Part shown: positions 13,401 to 24,400 of the stretch, one piece after another | How positions within the stretch are numbered: the stretch's first letter is position 1 | Layout: each line of letters opens with the position of its first letter | From: Utricularia gibba | Taxonomy: Eukaryota > Plantae > Magnoliophyta | Reading direction: 5' to 3' | Assembly (NCBI GenBank): GCA_002189035.1 | Contig: NEEC01000487.1 | Span: forward strand, 1 to 28,291 | DNA length: 28,291 nt | Position numbers and translations under genes: made by a program | The notes under the pieces: model-generated | What the model was told of the DNA's origin: nothing | The model's input: the letters and a program-made list of their open reading frames with translations, nothing else | The model's database searches: none

Positions 13401-13712
13401 TTAACGTTGGGTTTTAATTGGCTGCCTACATGGTTTCTCAAGGAAAAGCTTGTCGTTTTTGGGCGGGTGATGTCGTTGTGAACTTCGTTCTGACCCAAGG
13501 TTCGGTCTGACTCCTTTGCCACATCGGGTCCTACTCGACGAAAATCGTGATGCACTTATTGAAGTTAGGATGTCATGAGCACCCAAAATGGTTTTCTCAA
13601 CCGCATGCTTTATATCTGAGGAGGCGCTCTCGTGGGGCAACGGTATCGAGAAGGAGGTCGAGTCGAGCTCGGGCCCATAGTCATTTGTAGCTCGGCAAAA
13701 AACTTGATGCAT
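13401..13712 (-). other. Repeat-encoded 103-aa ORF (MHQVFCRATNDYGPELD...KPCRQPIKTQR) covering 312 of the 315 nt of a monomer; coding status unsupported
   Basis: In the ORF track here and at 2367..2678. No recognisable domain or ribosome-binding site. It is broken by indels in most copies, and 6 of 7 recurrent variant sites change the amino acid. Confidence 0.12.
13485..13511 (+). repeat. Internal 10-bp direct repeat offset by 17 bp (TCGTTCTGAC / TCGGTCTGAC), present in every long-allele monomer
   Basis: p1-10 and p18-27 match at 9/10 positions. A second internal repeat, TGTCGTT, lies at p282-288 and p302-308. Confidence 0.8.
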
Positions 13713-13799
13713 TTCTTAACGTTGGGTTTTAATTGGCTGCCTACATGGTTTCTCAAGGAAAAGCTTGTCGTTTTTGGGCGGGTGATGTCGTTGTGAACT
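13485..13799 (+). repeat. Representative full-length (long-allele) monomer, 315 bp
   Basis: Anchor-to-anchor distance 13485 to 13800 is 315, and the preceding copy 13170-13484 is also 315. Contains GGTTCGGTCTGACTCCTTTGCC and single HindIII, SacI, ApaI, NsiI, SphI, AclI and BspHI sites. Confidence 0.95.
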
Positions 13800-16700
13800 T
13801 CGTTCTGACCAAGGTTCCTCCACATCGGGTCCTACTCGACGAAAATCGTGATGCACTTATTGAAGTTAGGATGTCATGAGCACCCAAAATGGTTTTCTCA
13901 ACGCATGCTTTATATCTGAGGAGGCGCTCTCGTGGGGCAACGGTATCGAGAAGGAGGTCGAGTCGAGCTCGGGCCCATAGTCATTTGTGCTCGGCAAAAA
14001 ACTTGATGCATTTCTTAACGTTGGGTTTTAATTGGCTGCCTACATGGTTTCTCAAGGAAAAGCTTGTCGTTTTTGGGCGGGTGATGTCGTTGTGAACTTC
14101 GTTCTGACCAAGGTTCCTCACATCGGGTCCTACTCGACGAAATCGTGATGCACTTATTGAAGTTAGGATGTCATGAGCACCCAAAATGGTTTTCTCAACC
14201 GCATGCTTTATATTTGATAAGGCGCTCTCGTGGGGCAACGGTATCGAGAGGAGGTCGAGTCGAGCTCGGGCCCATAGTCATTTGTGGCTCGGCAAAAACT
14301 TGATGCATTTCTTAACGTTGGGTTTTAATTGGCTGCCTACATGGTTTCTCAAGGAAAAGCTTGTCGTTTTTGGGCGGGTGATGTCGTTGTGAACTTCGTT
14401 CTGACCCAAGGTTCGTCTGACTCCTTTGCACATCGGGTCCTACTCGACGAAAATCGTGATGCACTTATTGAAGTTAGGATGTCATAAGCACCAAAATGGT
14501 TTTCTCAACCGCATGCTTTATATTGAGGAGGCGCTCTCGTGGGGCAACGGTATCGAGAAGGAGGTCGAGTCGAGCTCGGGCCCATAGTCATTTGTAGCTC
14601 GGCAAAAAACTTGATGCATTTCTTAACGTTGGGTTTTAATTGGCTGCCTACATGGTTTCTCAAGGAAAAGCTTGTCGTTTTTGGGCGGGTGATGTCGTTG
14701 TGAACTTCGTTCTGACCCAAGGTTCTCCACATCGGGTCCTACTCGACGAAAATCGTGCTGCACTTATTGAAGTTAGGATGTCATGAGCACCCAAAATGGT
14801 TTTCTCAACGCATGCTTTATATCTGAGGAGCGCTCTCGTGGGCAACGGTATCGAGAAGGAGGTCGAGTCGAGCTCGGGCCCATAGTCATTTGTGCTCGGC
14901 AAAAAACTTGATGCATTTCTTAACGTTGGGTTTTAATTGGCTGCCTACATGGTTTCTCAAGGAAAAGCTTGTCGTTTTTGGGCGGTGATGTCGTTGTGAA
15001 CTTCGTTCTGACCCAAGGTTCCTTTGACATCGGTCCTACTCGACGAAATCGTGATGCACTTATTGAAGTTAGGATGTCATAGCACCCAAAATGGTTTTCT
15101 CAACCGCATGCTTTATATCTGAGGCGCTCTCGTGGGGCAACGGTATCGAGCAGCGAGTCGAGCTCGGGCCATAGTCATTTGTAGCTCGGCAAAAAACTTG
15201 ATGCATTTCTTAACGTTGGGTTTTAATTGGCTGCCTACATGGTTTCTCAAGGAAAAGCTTGTTTTTTGGGCGGTGATGTCGTTGTGAACTTCGTTCTGAC
15301 CCAAGGTTCCTTTGCCACATCGGGTCCTACTCGACGAAAATCGTGATGCACTTATTGAAGTTAGGATGTCATAGCACCCAAAATGGTTTTCTCAACCGCA
15401 TGCTTTATATCTGAGGAGGCGCTCTCGTGGGGCAACGGTATCGAGAGGAGGTCGAGTCGAGCTCGGGCATAGTCATTTGTGGCTCGGCAAAAAACTTGAT
15501 GCATTTCTTAACGTTGGGTTTTAATTGGCTGCCTACATGGTTTCTCAAGGAAAAGCTTGTCGTTTTTGGGCGGGTGATGTCGTTGTGAACTTCGTTCTGA
15601 CCCAAGGTTCTTTTGCCACATCGGGTCCTACTCGACGAAAATCGTGATGCACTTATTGAAGTTAGGATGTCATGAGCACCCAAAATGGTTTTCTCAACCG
15701 CATGCTTTATATCTGAGGAGGCGCTCTCGTGGGGCAACGTATCGAGAGGAGGTCGAGTCGAGCTCGGGCCATAGTCATTTGTAGCTCGGCAAAAAACTTG
15801 ATGCATTTCTTAACGTTGGGTTTTAATTGGCTGCCTACATGGTTTCTCAAGGAAAAGCTTGTCGTTTTTGGGCGGGTGATGTCGTTGTGAACTTCGTTCT
15901 GACCCAAGGTTCCTCGGGTCCTACTCGACGAAAAATGCTGCACTTATTGAAAAGGATGTCATGAGCACCCAAAATGGTTTTCTCAACCGCATGCTTTATA
16001 TTGAGGAGGCGCTCTCGTGGGGCAACGGTATCGAGAAGGAGGTCGAGTCGAGCTCGGGCCATAGTCATTTGTGCTCGGCAAAAAACTTGATGCATTTCTT
16101 AAGTTGGTTTTAATTGGCTGCCTACATGGTTTCTCAAGGAAAAGCTTGTCGTTTTTGGGCGGTGATGTCGTTGTGAACTTCGTTCTGACCCAAGGTTCCT
16201 GACTCCTTTGCCACATCGGGTCTACTCGACGAAAATCGTGCTGCATTATTGAAGTTAGGATGTCATGAGCACCCAAAATGGTTTTCTCAACCGCATGCTT
16301 TATATTGATAAGGCGCTCTCGTGGGGCAACGGTATCGAGCAGGGGTCGAGTCGAGCTCGGGCCCATAGTCATTTGTGGCTCGGCAAAAACTTGATGCATT
16401 TCTTAACGTTGGGTTTTAATTGGCTGCCTACATGGTTTCTCAGGAAAAGCTTGTCGTTTTTGGGCGGTGATGTCGTTGTGAACTTCGTTCTGACCCAAGG
16501 TTCGGTCTGACTCCTTTGCCACATCGGGTCTACTCGACGAAAATCGTGCTGCACTTATTGAAGTTAGGATGTCATGAGCACCAAAATGGTTTTCTCAACC
16601 GCATGCTTTATATTGAGGAGGCGCTCTCGTGGGGCAACGGTATCGAGCAGGTGGTCGAGTCGAGCTCGGGCCCATAGTCATTTGTGGGCTCGGCAAAAAA

Positions 16701-18637
16701 CTTGATGCATTTCTTAACGTTGGGTTTTAATTGGCTGCCTACATGGTTTCTCAAGGAAAAGCTTGTCGTTTTTGGGCGGGTGATGTCGTTGTGAACTTCG
16801 TTCTGACCCAAGGTTCGGTCTGACTCCTTTGCCACATCGGGTCCTACTCGACGAAATCGTGCTGCACTTATTGAAGTTAGGATGTCATGAGCACCAAAAT
16901 GGTTTTCTCAACCGCATGCTTTATATCTGATAGGCGCTCTCGTGGGGCAACGGTATCGAGAAGGAGGTCGAGTCGAGCTCGGGCCCATAGTCATTTGTGC
17001 TCGGCAAAAATTGATGCATTTCTTAACGTTGGGTTTTAATTGGCTGCTACATGGTTTTCTCAAGGAAAAGCTTGTCGTTTTTGGGCGGGTGATGTCGTTG
17101 TGAACTTCGTTCTGACCCAAGGTTCGGTCTGACTCCTTTGCCACATCGGGTACTCGACGAAATCGTGATGCACTTATTGAAGTTAGGATGTCATGAGCAC
17201 CCAAATGGTTTTCTCAACCGCATGCTTTATATTGAGGAGGCTCTCGTGGGGCAACGGTATCGAGAGGTGGTCGAGTCGAGCTCGGGCCATAGTCATTTGT
17301 GCTCGGCAAAAAACTTGATGCATTTCTTAACGTTGGGTTTTAATTGGCTGCCTACATGGTTTCTCAAGGAAAAGCTTGTCGTTTTTTGGGCGGGTGATGT
17401 CGTTGTGAACTTCGTTCTGACCAAGGTTCGGGACTCTTTGCCACATCGGGTCCTACTCGACGAAAATCGTGCTGCACTTATTGAAGTTAGGATGTCATGA
17501 GCACCCAAAATGGTTTTCTCAACCGCATGCTTTATATTTGATAAGGCGTCTCGTGGGGAACGGTATCGAGCAGGTGGTCGAGTCGAGCTCGGGCCCATAG
17601 TCATTTGTGGCTCGGCAAAAAACTTGATGCATTTTTTTAACGTTGGGTTTTAATTGGCTGCCTACATGGTTTCTCAAGGAAAAGCTTGTCGTTTTTTGGG
17701 CGGGTGATGTCGTTGTGAACTTCGTTCTGACCAAGGTTCGGTCTGACTCCACATCGGGTCTACTCGACGAAAATCGTGATGCACTTATTGAAGTTAGGAT
17801 GTCATAAGCACCAAAATGGTTTTCTCAACCGCATGCTTTATATTGAGGAGGCGCTCTCGTGGGGCAACGGTATCGAGAAGGAGGTCGAGTCGAGCTCGGG
17901 CCCATAGTCATTTGTGCTCGGCAAAAAACTTGATGCATTTCTTAACGTTGGGTTTTAATTGGCTGCCTACATGGTTTCTCAAGGAAAAGCTTGTCGTTTT
18001 TGGGCGGGTGATGTCGTTGTGAACTTCGTTCTGACCAAGGTTCGGTCTGACTCCTTTACATCGGGTCTACTCGACGAAAATCGTGATGCACTTATTGAAG
18101 TTAGGATGTCATAAGCACCAAAATGGTTTTCTCAACCGCATGCTTTATATCTGAGGAGGCGCTCTCGTGGGGCAACGGTATCGAGAAGGAGGTCGAGTCG
18201 AGCTCGGGCCATAGTCATTTGTGCTCGGCAAAACTTGATGCATTTTTAACGTTGGGTTTTAATTGGCTGCCTACATGGTTTTCAAGGAAAAGCTTGTGTT
18301 TTTGGGCGGGTGATGTCGTTGTGAACTTCGTTCTGACCCAAGGTTCGGTCTGACTCCTTTGCCACATCGGGTCCTACTCGACGAAAATCGTGCTGCACTT
18401 ATTGAAGTTAGGATGTCATGAGCACCCAAAATGGTTTTCTCAACCGCATGCTTTATATTTGAGGAGGCGCTCTCGTGGGGCAACGGTATCGAGCAGGGGT
18501 CGAGTCGAGCTCGGGCCATAGTCATTTGTGGCTCGGCAAAAAACTTGATGCATTTCTTAACGTTGGGTTTTAATTGGCTGCCTACATGGTTTCTCAAGGA
18601 AAACTTGTCGTTTTTGGGCGGTGATGTCGTTGTGAAT

Positions 18638-21424
18638 TCGTTCTGACCAAGGTTCGGTCTGACTCCTTTGCACATCGGGTCTACTCGACGAAAATCGTGA
18701 TGCACTTATTGAAGTTAGGATGTCATGAGCACCCAAAATGGTTTTCTCAACCGCATGCTTTATATTTGATAAGGCGCTCTCGTGGGGCAACGGTATCGAG
18801 AGGGTGGTCGAGTCGAGCTCGGGCCATAGTCATTTGTGGCTCGGCAAAAAACTTGATGCATTTCTTAACGTTGGGTTTTAATTGGCTGCCTACATGGTTT
18901 CTCAAGGAAAAGCTTGTCGTTTTTGGGCGGTGATGTCGTTGTGAACTTCGTTCTGACCCAAGGTTCGGTCTGACTCCTTTGCCACATCGGGTCTACTCGA
19001 CGAAAATCGTGCTGCACTTATTGAAGTTAGGATGTCATGAGCACCAAAATGGTTTTCTCAACCGCATGCTTTATATTTGAGGAGGCGCTCTCGTGGGGCA
19101 ACGGTATCGAGAGGAGGTCGAGTCGAGCTCGGGCCATAGTCATTTGTGGCTCGGCAAAAACTTGATGCATTTCTTAACGTTGGGTTTTAATTGGCTGCTA
19201 CATGGTTTCTCAAGGAAAAGCTTGTCGTTTTTGGGCGGGTGATGTCGTTGTGAACTTCGTTCTGACCAAGGTTCGGTCTGACTCCTTTGCCAATCGGGTC
19301 CTACTCGACGAAAACGTGCTGCACTTATTGAAGTTAGGATGTCATGAGCACCCAAAATGGTTTTCTCAACGCATGCTTTATATTTGATAAGGCGCTCTCG
19401 TGGGGCAACGGTATCGAGCAGGTGGGTCGAGTCGAGCTCGGGCCATAGTCATTTGTGGCTCGGCAAAAAACTTGATGCATTTCTTAACGTTGGGTTTTAA
19501 TTGGCTGCTACATGGTTTCTCAAGGAAAAGCTTGTCGTTTTTTGGGCGGGTGATGTCGTTGTGAACTTGGTTCTGACCAAGGTTCGGTCTGACTCTTTTT
19601 CCACATCGGGTCTACTCGACGAAAATCGTGATGCACTTATTGAAGTTAGGATGTCATGAGCACCCAAAATGGTTTTCTCAACGCATGCTTTATATTTGAG
19701 GAGGCGCTCTCGTGGGCAACGGTATCGAGAGGAGGTCGAGTCGAGCTCGGGCCATAGTCATTTGTGGCTCGGCAAAAAAACTTGATGCATTTCTTAACGT
19801 TGGGTTTTAATTGGCTGCCTACATGGTTTTTCAAGGAAAAGCTTGTCGTTTTTGGGCGGGTGATGTCGTTGTGAACTTCGTTCTGACCAAGGTTCGGTCT
19901 GACTCCTTTGCCACATCGGGTCTACTCGACGAAAATCGTGATGCACTTATTGAAGTTAGGATGTCATGAGCACCCAAAATGGTTTTCTCAACCGCATGCT
20001 TTATATTTGATAAGGCGCTCTCGTGGGGCAACGGTATCGAGAGGTGGTCGAGTCGAGCTCGGGCCCATAGTCATTTGTGGCTCGGCAAAAAAACTTGATG
20101 CATTTCTTAACGTTGGGTTTTAATTGGCTGCCTACATGGTTTCTCAAGGAAAAGCTTGTCGTTTTTGGGCGGGTGATGTCGTTGTGAACTTCGTTCTGAC
20201 CAAGGTTCGGTCTGACTCCTTTGCCAATCGGGTCTACTCGACGAAAATCGTGATGCACTTATTGAAGTTAGGATGTCATAAGCACCCAAAATGGTTTTCT
20301 CAACCGCATGCTTTATATTGAGGAGGCGCTCTCGTGGGGCAACGGTATCGAGAAAGGTCGAGCTCGGCCCATAGTCATTTGTAGCTCGGCAAAAAACTTG
20401 ATGCATTTCTTAACGTTGGGTTTTAATTGGCTGCCTACATGGTTTCTCAAGGAAAAGCTTGTCGTTTTTGGGCGGGTGATGTCGTTGTGAATTCGTTCTG
20501 ACCAAGGTTCGGTCTGACTCCTTTGCCACATCGGGTCTACTCGACGAAAATCGTGATGCACTTATTGAAGTTAGGATGTCATGAGCACCCAAAATGGTTT
20601 TCTCAACGCATGCTTTATATTTGATAAGGCGCTCTCGTGGGGCAACGGTATCGAGCAGGTGGTCGAGTCGAGCTCGGGCCATAGTCATTTGTGGCTCGGC
20701 AAAAAACTTGATGCATTTCTTAACGTTGGGTTTTAATTGGCTGCCTACATGGTTTCTCAAGGAAAAGCTTGTCGTTTTTGGGCGGGTGATGTCGTTGTGA
20801 ACTTCGTTCTGACCCAAGGTTCGGTCTGACTCTTTTCCACATCGGGTCCTACTCGACGAAAATCGTGATGCACTTATTGAAGTTAGGATGTCATAAGCAC
20901 CAAAATGGTTTTCTCAACCGCATGCTTTATATCTGAGGAGGCGCTCTCGTGGGGCAACGGTATCGAGAAGGAGGTCGAGTCGAGCTCGGGCCATAGTCAT
21001 TTGTAGCTCGGCAAAAAATTGATGCATTTCTTAACGTTGGGTTTTAATTGGCTGCCTACATGGTTTTTCAAGGAAAAGCTTGTCGTTTTTGGGCGGGTGA
21101 TGTCGTTGTGAACTTCGTTCTGACCCAAGGTTCGGTCTGACTCTTTGCCACATCGGGTCTACTCGACGAAAATCGTGCTGCACTTATTGAAGTTAGGATG
21201 TCATGAGCACCAAAATGGTTTTCTCAACGCATGCTTTATATTTGATAAGGCGCTCTCGTGGGGCAACGGTATCGAGCAGGTGGTCGAGTCGAGCTCGGGC
21301 CATAGTCATTTGTGGCTCGGCAAAAAACTTGATGCATTTCTTAACGTTGGGTTTTAATTGGCTGCCTACATGGTTTCTCAAGGAAAAGCTTGTCGTTTTT
21401 GGGCGGGTGATGTCGTTGTGAACT
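18638..21424 (+). repeat. Local dimeric higher-order arrangement (B-type and A-type monomers alternating, ~620-bp period)
   Basis: The GATAAGG allele occurs at 18768, 19386, 20009, 20623 and 21244 (spacings 618, 623, 614, 621). The intervening copies carry GAGGAGG. Confidence 0.65.
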
Positions 21425-24400
21425 TGGTTCTGACCAAGGTTCGGTCTGACTACATCGGGTCTACTCGACGAAAATCGTGATGCACTTATTGAAGTTAGGA
21501 TGTCATAAGCACCAAAATGGTTTTCTCAACCGATGCTTTATATCTGAGGAGGCGCTCTCGTGGGGCAACGGTATCGAGAAGGAGGTCGAGTCGAGCTCGG
21601 GCCATAGTCATTTGTGGCTCGGCAAAAAACTTGATGCATTTCTTAACGTTGGGTTTTAATTGGCTGCCTACATGGTTTCTCAAGGAAAAGCTTGTCGTTT
21701 TTGGGCGGGTGATGTGTTGTGAACTTCGTTCTGACCAAGGTTCGGTCTGACTCCTTTGCCACATCGGGTCTACTCGACGAAAATCGTGATGCACTTATTG
21801 AAGTTAGGATGTCATAAGCACCAAAATGGTTTTCTCAACCGCATGCTTTATATTGAGGAGGCGCTCTCGTGGGGCAACGGTATCGAGAAGGAGGTCGAGT
21901 CGAGCTCGGGCCCATAGTCATTTGTAGCTCGGCAAAAAACTTGATGCATTTCTTAACGTTGGGTTTTAATTGGCTGCCTACATGGTTTCTCAAGGAAAAG
22001 CTTGTCGTTTTTGGGCGGGTGATGTCGTTGTGAACTTCGTTCTGACCCAAGGTTCGGTCTGACTCCTTTGCCACATCGGGTCCTACTCGACGAAAATCGT
22101 GCTGCACTTATTGAAGTTAGGATGTCATGAGCCCCAAAATGGTTTTCTCAACCGCATGCTTTATATTTGATAAGGCGCTCTCGTGGGGCAACGGTATCGA
22201 GCAGGTGGTCGAGTCGAGCTCGGGCCATAGTCATTTGTGGCTCGGCAAAAAACTTGATGCATTTCTTAACGTTGGGTTTTAATTGGCTGCCTACATGGTT
22301 TCTCAAGGAAAAGCTTGTCGTTTTTTGGGCGGGTGATGTCGTTGTGAACTTCGTTCTGACCAAGGTTCGGTCTGACTCTTTGCCACATCGGGTCCTACTC
22401 GACGAAAATCGTGATGCACTTATTGAAGTTAGGATGTCATGAGCACCCAAAATGGTTTTCTCAACCGCATGCTTTATATTTGAGGAGGCGCTCTCGTGGG
22501 GCAACGGTATCGAAAGGAGGTCGAGTCGAGCTCGGGCCCATAGTCATTTGTGCTCGGCAAAAAACTTGATGCATTTCTTAACGTTGGGTTTTAATTGGCT
22601 GCCTACATGGTTTTCAAGGAAAAGCTTGTCGTTTTTGGGCGGGTGATGTCGTTGTGAACTTGTTCTGACCCAAGGTTCGGTCTGACTCCTTTTCCACATC
22701 GGGTCTACTCGACGAAAATCGTGATGCACTTATTGAAGTTAGGATGTCATGAGCACCCAAAATGGTTTTCTCAACCGCATGCTTTATATTTGATAAGGCG
22801 CTCTCGTGGGGCAACGGTATCGAGAAGGTGGTCGAGTCGAGCTCGGGCCATAGTCATTTGTGGCTCGGCAAAAAACTTGATGCATTTTTAACGTTGGGTT
22901 TTAATTGGCTGCTACATGGTTTCAAGGAAAAGCTTGTCGTTTTTGGGCGGGTGATGTCGTTGTGAACTTCGTTCTGACCAAGGTTCTCTTGCCACATCGG
23001 GTCCTACTCGACGAAAATCGTGATGCACTTATTGAAGTTAGGATGTCATAAGCACCAAAATGGTTTTCTCAACCGCATGCTTTATATTTGAGGAGGCGCT
23101 CTCGTGGGGCAACGGTATCGAGAGGAGGTCGAGTCGAGCTCGGGCCATAGTCATTTGTGCTCGGCAAAAAACTTGATGCATTTCTTAACGTTGGGTTTTA
23201 ATTGGCTGCCTACATGGTTTCTCAAGGAAAAGCTTGTCGTTTTTGGGCGGGTGATGTCGTTGTGAACTTCGTTCTGACCAAGGTTCGGTGACTCCTTTTC
23301 CACATCGGGTCTACTCGACGAAAATCGTGATGCACTTATTGAAGTTAGGATGTCATGAGCACCAAAATGGTTTTCTCAACCGCATGCTTTATATCTGAGG
23401 AGGCGCTCTCGTGGGGCAACGGTATCGAGAAGGAGGTCGAGTCGAGCTCGGGCCCATAGTCATTTGTGCTCGGCAAAAAACTTGATGCATTTCTTAACGT
23501 TGGGTTTTAATTGGCTGCCTACATGGTTTCTCAAGGAAAAGCTTGTCGTTTTTGGGCGGGTGATGTCGTTGTGAACTTCGTTCTGACCAAGGTTCGGTCT
23601 GACTCCTTTGCCACATCGGGTCCTACTCGACGAAAATCGTGATGCACTTATTGAAGTTAGGATGTCATGAGCACCAAAATGGTTTTCTCAACCGCATGCT
23701 TTATATTTGATAAGGCGCTCTCGTGGGGCAACGGTATCGAGCAAGGTGGTCGAGTCGAGCTCGGGCCATAGTCATTTGTGGCTCGGCAAAAAACTTGATG
23801 CATTTCTTAACGTTGGGTTTTAATTGGCTGCCTACATGGTTTCTCAAGGAAAAGCTTGTCGTTTTTGGGCGGGTGATGTCGTTGTGAACTTCGTTCTGAC
23901 CCAAGGTTCGGTCTGACTCTTTGCCACATCGGGTCTACTCGACGAAAATCGTGATGCACTTATTGAAGTTAGGATGTCATAAGCACCAAAATGGTTTTCT
24001 CAACCGCATGCTTTATATCTGAGGAGGCGCTCTCGTGGGGCAACGGTATCGAGAAGGAGGTCGAGTCGAGCTCGGGCCATAGTCATTTGTAGCTCGGCAA
24101 AAAACTTGATGCATTTCTTAACGTTGGGTTTTAATTGGCTGCTACATGGTTTCTCAAGGAAAAGCTTGTCGTTTTTGGGCGGTGATGTCGTTGTGAACTT
24201 CGTTCTGACCAAGGTTCGGTCTGACTCTTTGCCACATCGGGTCCTACTCGACGAAAATCGTGATGCACTTATTGAAGTTAGGATGTCATGAGCACCCAAA
24301 ATGGTTTTCTCAACCGCATGCTTTATATTGAGGAGGCGCTCTCGTGGGGCAACGGTATCGAGAAGGAGGTCGAGTCGAGCTCGGGCCATAGTCATTTGTA

